Source: Chiloscyllium plagiosum (Eukaryota). From it: a stretch of DNA of 64,000 nt. Position 1 is the stretch's first letter; each line of letters starts with the position of its first letter. The stretch spans positions 7,735,936 to 7,799,935 of the forward strand of contig NC_057749.1 in NCBI RefSeq assembly GCF_004010195.1. Direction: 5' to 3'. Under the pieces are notes generated by a model. It made no database searches. It worked only from the letters and a program-made list of their open reading frames with translations, and was not told the DNA's origin. The position numbers and the translations under genes are program-made. Shown here piece by piece: positions 63,804 through 64,000 of the stretch.

Positions 63804-64000
63804 CTGAACAATAGGGCAGTGCATAAACTCTGCCTTGCCAAGCCTGGTAGAACTAATCAGCCAGAGGATGCATATTCAAATCCCACTTTGTGAATTTTGA
63901 TGTAGGTTTATTTTCAAAGATAAATTATAAATCAGAGTTGTCAGGGTTGAATTCTTGGCTCCCATCTAGGTTGGAAATAAAGGTAGACAGGGTCTAAAAA

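Overview
Eukaryotic, repeat-dense DNA. The HE1-type SINEs and HER1/CR1-type LINEs point to a cartilaginous fish (shark), by inference. Much of the window is retroelement debris: several long, decayed CR1-clade LINEs (one triple-nested stack at 30.3-36.5 kb), many 3' LINE fragments, tRNA-head SINEs, a Penelope-like GIY-YIG fragment, two MITE-like elements and a ~58-bp minisatellite. Two things stand out. (1) About 20 exon-like islands on the minus strand, bounded by AG and GT/GC splice signals, run from ~63.8 kb to a terminal exon at 5.29 kb whose stop overlaps AATAAA. Several junctions are phase-compatible and open, but the chain contains many in-frame stops, so it is a candidate unitary pseudogene or lncRNA of unrecognised family (recoding is not excluded). 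(2) Numerous 100-390 bp fold-back Penelope-derived elements carry minimal hammerhead-ribozyme cores, some on both strands, with compensatory stem changes and 11-16 bp target-site duplications. No intact, nameable host gene was recognised. Repeat boundaries are approximate, judged by eye.
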